This document shows, piece by piece, positions 11,313-22,239 of a stretch of DNA of 64,000 nucleotides. Under the pieces are notes generated by a model. It was not told where the DNA came from. It worked only from the letters and a program-made list of their open reading frames with translations, and searched no databases. Each line of letters starts with the position of its first letter. Positions within the stretch are counted from its first letter, which is position 1. Location of the stretch: assembly GCA_028826165.1 (NCBI GenBank), contig JAPDFW010000082.1, positions 62,001 through 126,000 of the forward strand, written 5' to 3'. This DNA is from Anaeramoeba ignava BMAN. Taxonomy: Eukaryota; Protista; Anaeramoebae. Position numbers and translations under genes: made by a program.

Positions 11313-13094
11313 ATGAATGATTGTTTATTTTTTGGTGAAAATGAAAAACCAAAACTTTTCAAAAATGAACCAGATAAAATAACAAAACCAATTCAATTTA
11401 AATTTGAAAATGAAAATGAAAATGAAAATGAAAATGAAAAACAAATTAAACAAATTTCATCAGGTTTATTTTCAACAATTTTCCTTTTTAAAAATGGAAA
11501 AGCAATAGAATATTTAAATGATTCAAATGAAAATCCTGAAAAAATCCAAATTGAAGAAAATATTCAAAAAGTAACTGTTGGCGCTAACAATGAAGCTATT
11601 TTAACAATAGAAGGAAATGTATTTGCCAAAGGAAAATATATTAATCCACAAAATCTAAATGAATTTATCAATATTTCATCATTAATTGAAGATACAAATG
11701 ATAGAATAATTCAAGATGTTGTTTCTGGATACAGTTCAATTTATTTATTAACTTCAAATCAAAATGTTTACGGAATTGGTTTAAATTATTCTTCTCAACT
11801 TGGTTTTGATTCTAACACACTTGATAAAACAAAAAAACCAATTTTAATGATGAAAGATGTTTCTAAAATATTTTCAGGAAATTCTTCAAGTCATGTTTTT
11901 CTTTTAAATTCAAATCAAGAATTATTTGGATGCGGAAATAATGAATCTGGTCAACTTGGATTAGGAAAATCAAGAAGAAAAGAAACAGAAATCCAAAAAT
12001 TAACCAAAATCAAAAATATTCGAAAAGGCAAAATAATTGATATTCAATGTGGAATTAATCATTCAATAATGTTAATTGAAAATCAAAATCAAAATCCAAA
12101 AAGAAAACTTTATTCATGTGGAGGTTATGGATATAATGGACTTGAGAGATATGGAAACGATACTTACAAATTTACTGAAATCAAATCATCTTTATTTGAA
12201 AATGATAATATTATTGATTTTTCTTGTGGATATGAACATACTTTGATTTTAACATCCAATTCAAAATTAATTGGATTTGGATACAATTATTATGGTCAAT
12301 TAGGAACTGGAGATACATATTGGAATCAATCAATTCCAATTCAAATTGAACTTCCTAAATTAAGATTTAATGAAAATATTTCCAATTATCATCTTTCTTG
12401 TGGATATTACAGTTCATTTCTTTATTATTCTCCTCCTTCTTTTTCCAATCTTGAAGAAGATTTGATAAAACTATTTCAAAGAAAAGAATTTTGTAATATT
12501 TCATTTAAAACCGAAAATGGAGAAATAATTGAAGCTCATAAATTAATATTGAAATATAGATTAAATCAAAATGAAAATCAAATTGAAAAACTTCAAGAAA
12601 TTATTTCAAAAAAATCAATTAAAGAATCAAATCAAATATTTGAAATGATTTATTCAAACAGAATAATAAATCCAAAATTATATTCAGAAATTAAAGAAAT
12701 TATAAATTCAAATGAAAAAATTGAAGAAACAATGAAAAGAATTTATTTAAATGAAAATGAAAATGAAAATGAAAAAGATTTTATTATTGAAAGAAAAGAA
12801 AAGCAATATAAATTTCCAAAATTAATATTAATAATGAGAAGTGAATTATATCGAGGAATGTTTTTATCTGTAACAAATGATAAATCAAATAAAGTTACAG
12901 ATTATAGTGAATTAAGTAATAAATCATTTCAAATATTTGAATATTGGATTTATTCAAATCAAATTAAAGATGAAATTGAAATTACACAAGAAATAATTGA
13001 TGAGATAGAAAGAGGAATTGATTATTTTCAATTAAATCAAACAAATCCAAATTTATTTGATTTATTAATTAAAAAATTTAATAATCAAAATTAA
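11313..13094 (+). CDS. RCC1-repeat + BTB-like protein, paralog 2 (tandem duplicate, no CaaX)
   Basis: Colinear with 9299-11146; BTB half nearly identical; ends NNQN* at the start of an AAAATT array. Confidence 0.9.
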   Translation: MNDCLFFGENEKPKLFKNEPDKITKPIQFKFENENENENENEKQIKQISSGLFSTIFLFKNGKAIEYLNDSNENPEKIQIEENIQKVTVGANNEAILTIEGNVFAKGKYINPQNLNEFINISSLIEDTNDRIIQDVVSGYSSIYLLTSNQNVYGIGLNYSSQLGFDSNTLDKTKKPILMMKDVSKIFSGNSSSHVFLLNSNQELFGCGNNESGQLGLGKSRRKETEIQKLTKIKNIRKGKIIDIQCGINHSIMLIENQNQNPKRKLYSCGGYGYNGLERYGNDTYKFTEIKSSLFENDNIIDFSCGYEHTLILTSNSKLIGFGYNYYGQLGTGDTYWNQSIPIQIELPKLRFNENISNYHLSCGYYSSFLYYSPPSFSNLEEDLIKLFQRKEFCNISFKTENGEIIEAHKLILKYRLNQNENQIEKLQEIISKKSIKESNQIFEMIYSNRIINPKLYSEIKEIINSNEKIEETMKRIYLNENENENEKDFIIERKEKQYKFPKLILIMRSELYRGMFLSVTNDKSNKVTDYSELSNKSFQIFEYWIYSNQIKDEIEITQEIIDEIERGIDYFQLNQTNPNLFDLLIKKFNNQN

Positions 13095-13470
13095 AATTAA
13101 AATTAAAATCAAAATTAAAATTAAAATTAAAATTAAAATCAAAATTAAAATTAAAATCAAAATTAAAATTAAAATCAAAATCAAAATTAAATTTAAAATT
13201 AAAATTGAATTTAAAATTAAAATTAAAATTGAATTTAAAATCAAAATCAAAATTGAATTTAAAATCAAAATCAAAATTAAAATTAAAATTAAAATTGAAT
13301 TTAAAATCAAAATCAAAATCAAAATCAAAATTAAAAACAAAATTTAAAATCAAAATTAAAATTAAAATTAAAATTAAAATTAAAATCAAAATCAAAATCA
13401 AAATCAAAATCAAAATCAAAATTAAAATCAAAATTAAAATTAAAATTAAAATTAAAATTAAAATTAAAAT
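13085..13470 (+). repeat. (AAAATT/C)n array downstream of RCC1-BTB paralog 2
   Basis: Read directly from the sequence. Confidence 0.9.
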
Positions 13471-13587
13471 TTTTTTTTCATTTTGTTTGGCTTTTTTTTA
13501 AGAATAAACAATAAAAAAGAAATTGGAAAAGAAAATGAAAATTCAAGTAAAATTAAAAAAATGTTGTTTTTATAGTTTTGTTTTTGA

Positions 13588-16500
13588 TTAAATTAAATCG
13601 GAATCTATTTGATCAATCCCTTTTATAAGTTGAATATTTTTTAAATTTTCTTCTTTGAATTGATTTTCTTGTGATTTTAAATTGACAATTTTTAATTCCG
13701 CTTTTTTTCTTTCTTTAATCAAATCTTTAATTTCATTTTCTAATTGAAAAATTTTTGCAAGATCTTCAGCAATTCCATCAACTTCAGATTCAAGAAATTG
13801 AGCTGAAATACAAGTTGATTTAATTGATTGAAGAACCGATTGTTCTGAATTTTCTTTTTGCATTATTAATGAATGCATTGAAATTTCACTTTGAAAACGA
13901 GTTGCTTGTTTTGGAGTTAAAACAGCATTTCCTGTTTCTTTTTTTAATTGTTTATTTTGGAAATCAATTTTCTTTGTTATTTCCGCTAATTTTCTTTCAA
14001 TTTTGCGGATTTCTTGTAAATTTTGCGGATTCATAAAAACTTCTGTTTTTTTTTGTTCCAAACTACAAAGAGTTTTATCATGTTTTGAACGAACTTTTTT
14101 CAATTTGGTTTCTAATTTATTTTTTTCTTCTTCCAGTTCTTCTTTTTGCTTTTGAAGTTGCTCTAAAATTTTTTGTTTTTTGTTATAAATTTCAAGAAGT
14201 TTCGAAAAATCGTTTTTGGATTGCTCAATTTCAATATTTACTTTTGCAGATTCAAATTCTTTTAACGTATTTTTTGCAAATTCCAAAATTTTTTGGTCAA
14301 TTTGGCTGATTTTTTTGGGTTTTGAGATTTTCTCAATTAAACTTTCAATTTTTTCTTTCAAAGAATCGATATTGAATAAAAAATTCATGCAAAGTTCTTC
14401 TTTTTCTTGAATTATTTTTTGATTGTCTTGAGTATTTTTTGCAATATTTGATTCTTTTTCCTCAATTTGGTTGTGAATTTCCATTTTTTGCTTTTCAATC
14501 ACTTGTTTTTTGTTTTGAATTTCCTTTCTTTGCTTCTGTATCATTGATTGTATTTCCAAGTTCTGATTTCGAATTTTTTCAAAATCAGAATTGAGTGTTG
14601 GGAATTCTTTGTTGAATTTCTCATCATTTTCTTCAACTTGCTTTTTTATTTCTTCAATTTTTTCTTTGTCTCTTTGAATGCCAATTTGCATTTGAAGTTT
14701 TTGGTCTTCTAAAATTTTTTTTTCTTCCTCGATATTTGCGCGTTTTTCTGAGTTTGTTAATTTTAAATTCTCGAATTCTTTTTGATTTTTTTCAATCGAT
14801 TTTTGCAAGTTTTGTTTTTGGTTTTCGAGATTCATTTCTTCAAGAATAGATAACTGATTTTGGAGTTGAGAAATCTTGTTCTTTTTTTCATAATAAGATT
14901 TAAAAATTGAGGAATTTTGAATTTTGGGGGAATTTTGCATTTGCTGGAAATCATTTATAAGTTGTTGATTTTTTTTCTCCATTAACAAATTTCTTTCTGA
15001 GAATTTTGCATTAAATTTTTTGGTTTCCTCAGATTGCTCATATTGCATATCACTAATTTTATTCATAAGCTCTCTGATTTCCAACTTATAATTTTCTATG
15101 ATTTTTTCATCTTTCTTCATTTGAATTTCATTTGCTTCTTGTATTTGAATGCTCTTTTCATATTTGCGATTGTTTGAATCGAATTCGTTTGATAAATCCT
15201 GGATATTCTCATTCAAATCTTCGAGTCTGCTTTCCCATTTCTGAACTCCTTTTCCTTCATCAGTGAGCTTTTGTATTTCAACCTTTGTTTGTAAAAACTC
15301 GCTTTTTTGCAAAAGAGATGAATTTTCCTCCTCAAGTTGTTTTTCTTGCAGAAGATATTCTTGTTTCCGATTTTCCGTTTCTTCTTGATGTTTTGATAAT
15401 TGCTCGATTTTGAGTTGGGAAATCGAGTCTCGATTTTTGATTAAATTTATCAAATCCTTTTTATAAAATTCTTTTTGTGATTTTTGGTTGCTTTTCAGCT
15501 TTTCAAATTGAGCCTTTAATTTTGTGTTTTGCTTCTCGAGAAATTCTTTGTCGTTTGATTTCTGTTCTTCTTCCCAATTTTCTAGTTGTAATATTTCTTT
15601 TTTTTGCTTTAAATTTTTTTTCAATTCTTCTGTTTTTTCTTCTTTTTTTTTCATTTGCTCGTAAATTTGTATGATTTTTTGTTCATATTGATTTTGCAAA
15701 TTTTTTGTGATGATATCAGTAAGCTTTTCTTGCTCATTCAAATCAAAATGGGATTCATCAGCTGTTTGACTCATTAAATTTTCCATTTGGAATTCAAACA
15801 TCATTGTGTTATCATCGAATAAATTTGTGATATCATCGAATTGTAAATCTAAATCTAGTTCTAAATTTTCTTCTGTTAGAACATCAGTTCCATCAGTTTC
15901 CGTTTGAGTTTGAGTGTCATCATCACTGGATTCATTGTTTTGATTTACTGGTTTTTTATCTTTTGATTTCTTTTTGGGATTTTCTTCATTGTTATTATTG
16001 TTTGGTTTTGGTGGTGATGTACAAATATAATATAATTCTAGTAGAAATAAAAGTATTTCAATTTCACCTGCTCGTTTTTCTGTAATATCTCTTGCTTCAA
16101 TAATAAGTGGAATGCCGATATATTGAGATTCTCTGATTATTTGTCTTATTGTAATATTTGTTTCCTTGAATTATTTTAATTTTTAATTTTTTTATGCAAT
16201 TTTTAATTTTTAATTTTTAATTTTTATTAAAAATACTGGATTTTGTTTTTGTGTTTGAAAAGAATTTGGGAAATGATGCATGATTATTTCTGAAACTTGT
16301 TGGAAGTGTCTATTGAAATTTTTTTGAAAATTCATTTATAAAATTAAAATATTTAATATTTAATATTTAATATTTAATATTTATATTTATATTTATATTT
16401 AATATTTATATTTAATATTTATATTTAATATTTAATATTTATATTTAATATTTAATATTTATATTTAATATTTAATATTTTATATTTAATATTTAATATT

Positions 16501-17573
16501 TATATTTAATATTTAATATTTATATTTAATATTAATATTTAATATTTATATTTAATATTTTATATTTAATATTTAATATTTAATTTAATATTTATTTTAA
16601 TATTTATATTTATATTTATATTTATATTTTTAATATTTAATATTTTATATTTAATATTTATATTTATATTTAATATTTAATATTTATATTTAATTTAATA
16701 TTTATATTTATATTTATATTTATATTTATATTTATATTTAATATTTTATATTTAATATTTGAATAATGATTTCAATTTACTCTATCTTGGGTTCAAATTC
16801 ATTTGTATTTAAAGTCCAATTACACCATTCAATTATTCTGTCTTTAATTTGAGGAAAAGATTCATTATTTTTTGTTAAACGAAAATAAACAGCTAATTGC
16901 CAAATTATTTGAATAATATATTTAGAATTCTTTTTAAAAAGTTCTTTTGGTTTAATTTCAATTGGAATTCCCAATTTTTGTGCAAATTTAAATGAAGAAT
17001 AAATATTTTGTTGAATTTCTTTTTTAGTTTGAGGTTTTGGAAATAATTTAAATTCATTTCTAAAAAAAAAAAGAAAAGAATTGAAAAGAATTGAAAAGAA
17101 TTTTTTTTTTCAATTAAATTTTTGTTTTAAATAAAAGAATAAATTTCAATTCTTTATTTTATATTCACTTTTTTCCGCTTAAATTTTGAATTAAATCAAC
17201 TAAAATATTTCCTTCTTGAAATGCTTGAAAAATTTCAGGAAATTGTTTTGTTTTTGAAATATTTGCTTGAACCCAAATTGAAAAACTTTTTACAGTCTTT
17301 TTGTTTTTGTTTTATTTTTATTTTTATAAATAAATTTAAATAATAAATGTTTATTTTATTTTGTAAAATTTTTTTTTAAGTAATATAATGTTATTGCCAG
17401 AAAAAAAAAACAGTAAAATTATTCTTTGCTTTTTTTTCTTTTGAAAAAGATTATTGTTTTCTGGCAATATTTTGGGGATTTTTTTTTCGTTATTATTTAT
17501 TTATTTTTTTATTTATTTTTGGAGAATTTATTATTAATCTTACTTGTCTTGTAATTTCAATAGGAAAATTCAT
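13588..17573 (-). CDS. Tandem calponin-homology (actin-binding) domain protein with long coiled coil, multi-exon
   Basis: Exon 1 17573-17544 MNFPIEITRQ; exon from 17296 TVKSFSIWVQ..FQEGNILVDLIQNLSG (CH1); later IIQIIWQLA..RIIEWCN and IGIPLIIEARDI..EIEILLFLLELY (CH2); 738-aa K/E/Q coiled-coil terminal ORF. Confidence 0.75.
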
Positions 17574-17924
17574 TTTAAAAAATGAAAGAGAAAAAGAAAA
17601 ATAAATGAAAAAAAAAAAGAAATAAGTTATTTTTGCAAAGAATAGAAGAGAAAAGAAAAGAAAAAACCAAAGAAACAAAATGAGAAAAATGAAAAAAATT
17701 TTAAAAGAAAAAAAAAAAATTTTTTTAATTTATATTTTTTTTTCCTTTTCTTTTTCTTTTTTTAATTTCTTTTTTTCTTAAAGGATCTTTTTTGGATCTT
17801 TTCAATTTTTAATTTTTATTTCAATTTATTATTTTGAATTAAATTGGAATTAAATTGGAATTAAATTTTTTTTTTTCATTTTTTTCTTTCATTTTTTTTC
17901 ATTTTATTTTATTTTATTTTATTA

Positions 17925-19558
17925 ATGATTTTATTGAAAACAACTTTTAATAAAACTATTAAAGAATGTTATAAAATAATTTCTGCAAATTTATCAATAA
18001 AAATATCTGATAAAAATGATAATAATAAAAATGATAAAAATAATAAAAATAATAAAAATAAAAAAGATTATACAAATATTCCAGAAAAAACAATTAAAGA
18101 AAATAATATTTTTTTAAATAAAGAATTTAATGAATCAATATTAATTGTTCTTTTTGGTTGGCTTGCTTGTGAAGATCATCATCTTAATAAATATGTCGAT
18201 ATGTATAAAAAAATTAATTCTGATGTAATTCCAATTAAATCACCAAGATATTCACTGTAAAAAAAGCCCCAAATCACAATATATATTTAATTCAATATTT
18301 AATTTAATATTTATTTTAATATTTATTTTAATATTTATTTCAATATTTATTTTAATATTTATTTTAATATTTATTTTAATATTTATTTTAATATTTATTT
18401 TAATATTTATTTTAATATTTAATATTTTAATATTTATTTTTAATATTTAATTTAATATTTATTTTAATATTTAATTTCAATATTTATTTCAATATTTATT
18501 TTAATATTTATTTCAATATTTATTTTAATATTTATTTCAATATTTATTTTAATATTTAATTTAATATTTAATTTAATATTTAATTTAATATTTATTTTAA
18601 TATTTAATTTAATATTTTTTATTTTTTAATATTTAATTTTAAATATTTATTTTAATATTTATTTTAATATTTATTTTAATATTTATTTTAATATTTAATT
18701 TAATATTTATTTTAATATTTATTTTAATATTTATTTTAATATTTATTTTAATATTTATTTTAATATTTATTTTAATATTTAATTTAATATTTATTTTAAT
18801 ATTTAATTTTAATATTTGATTTGATTTGAATATTAGACTTTTTCCTGTTAGTTTAGGGAAAAAAATGGGACAAGAAGTAACACAAGAAATCGGAAAGGAA
18901 TATAGTAAAAAACAGCATATTTTCTTACATTGTTTTTCAGCAAATGGATTTTATAATTGTGGACATCTTCTTCGAGAACTTGAAATAGAAAAAAAAAAGA
19001 ACAATAAATTAGCAATTGATATAAGTAAACGAATAAAAGGTGTAATTTTAGATTCAGCACCACCTTCTCCTTCAAAAGAGCTTCTTGTTACAGGAATTAC
19101 TAATTCATTTCCTCATTGCCAATTCTCAACTAGAAAAGTTATTCAATTTGGTCTTAATTTATTTACTTCTTTTAATCCTTCAATTCTTCAAGATTCTTTT
19201 AATCTTTCAGAACAAACTAAAAATGGTTTTCTTCCTTTTAATTTCCCTCAATTATATCTTTATTCTTCTGATGATAAAATTGTACCTCCAGAACATATTG
19301 AAAATTTTTATCAAAATCAAATTAAAGCAGGAAAATTTGTTCAATATGTAAAAATTTTAAATCAAAATTTTAAATCAAAATTAAAATTAAAATTAAAATT
19401 AAAAATAAAATAAAAATAAAATAAAAATTAAGTTCCGTTGGGATAAAGTTCCTCATGTTCAATTGTATAGATATTTTCCTGAAAAATATAAACAACTTGT
19501 TGGTTCATTCATTTTTAATTTTGTTACAAATTTTCAAAACAAAAAAAATTTCATTTAA
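17925..19558 (+). CDS. TMEM53/DUF829-family alpha/beta-hydrolase-fold protein, 3 exons
   Basis: LFGWLACEDHHLNKYVDMY; HCFSANG; GVILDSAP; PQLYLYSSDDKIVP; last exon 19433-19558 FRWDKVPHVQLYRYFPEKY. Confidence 0.85.
18295..18815 (+). repeat. 12-bp (AATATTTATTTT)n intronic array
   Basis: Read directly; lies in intron 1 of the TMEM53-like gene. Confidence 0.9.
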
Positions 19559-19766
19559 AAAAAGAAAAAGAAAAAGAAAATAATTTAGATTTAGATTTAG
19601 ATTTAGATTAAGATTTAGATTGAGATTAAGATTTGCTTTTTTTTCTTCAATTTTATTTTTTGGATCAAAATCAAAATCAAAAAAGAAATGAAATGAAAAG
19701 AAAAAAAAAGAAGAAAATTTTTTGATATTTTTTTTTCTTTTTGAAATCAAAGTAAAAGAAAATTAA

Positions 19767-22112
19767 TTAAGAAGATGGACATTGGATTTCTTTTAAAATA
19801 ATAACTGTTTTTGTATTTCTTGTGAAATAAATTTTCTCTTTCAAATCATCTTCAATCAAATTCAAATCATCTGAAGAATCTAAATAATGAATAGAAAGGA
19901 AAAGAGGATCCAAATTTTCTTTTTGATCAACAAAAAGGAATTTTTTGGAAATTTCAAAATCAGAAGAAAGACCAGAATAGAAATTATAAGAGTAAGAAAC
20001 AAAATCTGAATCAGTAGATTTAATGAGAGAATCGCTCATTATAGAAACTTGGAAAGCATTTGGCGAATGAAGATCAATTGAGATTTCATTTGAATCATCA
20101 ATTTTTTGACAAGATATTTTGAAATTTAAATCAGAAGCAAATTTTGTGGGAAAGATTGATTTTTCTTGGGGAATTTCCTTGAAAAACGCGCCGAAAAAGT
20201 TATATCCGAAAAGACTAGAAGTGTGAATATTTGGGAATTTCTTTTTCCAACGGAATCCATGTTTGAGAGCAATTGTTGACAATGAGCGTGATTCGCCATC
20301 ATTAGGCGTCATAACAAGCATCTCAGAGTAGTTTGGTTCAATCTCTGGGGATAAGGTATTGTCTTTGATGTCTATCACGTGTTGGATGTTCACGTGCTTT
20401 GGGGCTTTGCTTGAATAGGGAAGTGTGAAAAATGAGAAGAAAAAAAGAACCAAAAAAAGACCCAATAAAATAATCGCAAGAGGAGCGAAATAAGACCTAC
20501 GGAAACCAAAGAGAAGTGCTTGGAATGTGAGTATGATTATGATGCAGACGAATGCTGCGATGATAATATCCGAATGTGATCCCATTTGCATGGGGAGTCT
20601 TGAGACGAGATAAGCGAAAAATTTCAAAAATGGGATAATTGTAATTAAAGCAGAAAAAAGATGCGAAGATACAATGATTATGAATGCAAGAAGGGGGAAG
20701 CGTGAATCGAAAGTGGTGTATGATACTCTTACAGACGAGACTGCAAATCCAATAAGGGATGTTATTGTCCAGATCAGGAATAGATAGCTTGAGCCTAGTC
20801 TGTAGAGTGATGCGAAGAAGAGAGCTATTGCCCAAATAAACGTCAAAAGCGCGTATACTTCGCTGCGTTGGTTGATTTGCGGTACAAACACAAACAAAAC
20901 CATGAACAAAAGTCCATAGTATACAAGTGCATATTGCCAACTGAAATAACTGGCAAACGGTCGATTAATCAAAAATTCAACTAAAAACGTAATTATTAAA
21001 ACACCTCCAATTGTTATCAAATCTGCTAAAAGAAGCTTCATAAAATTATACATTAATCTTTTTGCTCGAGAGTATTTATAGAGAAGTAAAGAGGCGATTG
21101 TGAGAACAAATGATGCGATGGAGACAAAGTAACTGAAAGGAATGTTGACAGTGAAAAATCCAATAAAATCAAAAAAAATTGGTTGAAATTTTTTGTCTTT
21201 TTGCTCATTGATATTTTCCTTTTGCAAAAACATTTTGGGATCGTCTTCCATCATTTCGAGCCCGTAAATCAAGCTGATAATATCACGTGCGAAATTTTCC
21301 AAAACACCTTTCTGGATATTATCAAGAGAATCAAGCCAAGTATGATAAATATAAGTGTCATCCAAAAATGCGAAGTCAAAACCAAGTGCAATATTTTTAA
21401 GCACAGTGAAATCAGTATCAGACCGAATGAGCCCAAAACTCTGTATGTCGTCAATTAGCGAGGATGTAAATGGATGGGCGAAATGCTGTGAATACACTTG
21501 CATCATATGGAATTTCTGGTACGCATTACCGTTCAACCTGAAAAGAACAGGTCTACCTTTTATTTTTCCTGTGGCTTCCAAGTTGATGAAGAACTGAACA
21601 TCCTTTGCCCATCGATGCTTAGCCGCAAACAAATCTGCTCCCAAAAGTCCCAATTCCTCTCCATTGTCGAACAAGAAGATCAGATCCTTGGTTAAGTTCT
21701 TACTATTTGCTGAAAAATATGACAGCATTTCAATCATTGTCGCAATTGCATGTCCATCGTCAGCAACTCCAGGACCTGCAATTGCTGAGTCGAAGTGGGC
21801 TAATACTAACACAGCGTTGTTCTTTTTTGATCCCGAAGTAAACAATCTCACAACTACGTTTTCTAAGTTTTTGTAAATGTCAGTTGCTCGTTCGTTTCGT
21901 TGTATTTCTCCCTCTCCTTTCTGCTCCTCAATTTCTATGTGCACATCCTTGTTCTTCTCTTTTATTTCGTTGAGTTTTTTCAAAATGTATTCTTTTGTTT
22001 CTTTATTGTTTTTTGTTGTTAAAGCTCTTGTTTCTTTTCCTATTATTTCTAAATGCTTTATTCCTTCTTCATATTTTTTTTTTGTTTTCTTTTTAAATTG
22101 TTTTTGTTGAAT
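19767..22112 (-). CDS. ERMP1: Endoplasmic reticulum metallopeptidase 1-like (M28 peptidase, multi-pass membrane); true start not resolved
   Basis: AHFDS, PGVADDG, FDNGEELGLLGA, FINLEATG, SDTDF, YIYHT..D, followed by multiple TM segments. The frame stays open upstream of the called TTG to 22112 (YEEGIKHLEIIG..) without an ATG. Confidence 0.85.
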   Translation of the reverse strand: MQQKQFKKKTKKKYEEGIKHLEIIGKETRALTTKNNKETKEYILKKLNEIKEKNKDVHIEIEEQKGEGEIQRNERATDIYKNLENVVVRLFTSGSKKNNAVLVLAHFDSAIAGPGVADDGHAIATMIEMLSYFSANSKNLTKDLIFLFDNGEELGLLGADLFAAKHRWAKDVQFFINLEATGKIKGRPVLFRLNGNAYQKFHMMQVYSQHFAHPFTSSLIDDIQSFGLIRSDTDFTVLKNIALGFDFAFLDDTYIYHTWLDSLDNIQKGVLENFARDIISLIYGLEMMEDDPKMFLQKENINEQKDKKFQPIFFDFIGFFTVNIPFSYFVSIASFVLTIASLLLYKYSRAKRLMYNFMKLLLADLITIGGVLIITFLVEFLINRPFASYFSWQYALVYYGLLFMVLFVFVPQINQRSEVYALLTFIWAIALFFASLYRLGSSYLFLIWTITSLIGFAVSSVRVSYTTFDSRFPLLAFIIIVSSHLFSALITIIPFLKFFAYLVSRLPMQMGSHSDIIIAAFVCIIIILTFQALLFGFRRSYFAPLAIILLGLFLVLFFFSFFTLPYSSKAPKHVNIQHVIDIKDNTLSPEIEPNYSEMLVMTPNDGESRSLSTIALKHGFRWKKKFPNIHTSSLFGYNFFGAFFKEIPQEKSIFPTKFASDLNFKISCQKIDDSNEISIDLHSPNAFQVSIMSDSLIKSTDSDFVSYSYNFYSGLSSDFEISKKFLFVDQKENLDPLFLSIHYLDSSDDLNLIEDDLKEKIYFTRNTKTVIILKEIQCPSS

Positions 22113-22239
22113 TTAAAGCTCTTGAAATTTTCTTTAAATTAAAAAGCAAAAATAATTAAAATCAATTTTTATTTTTATTTTTTATTATTTATTCCTTCTT
22201 AATTTTTTCTTTAATTTTTTTTTTAATATTTTATTTAAA

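Noticed and set aside
9299-13094. Diversity-generating retroelement behind the RCC1 variability
   Set aside because: No reverse transcriptase or template repeat is visible, and the differences are not restricted to adenines of one copy.
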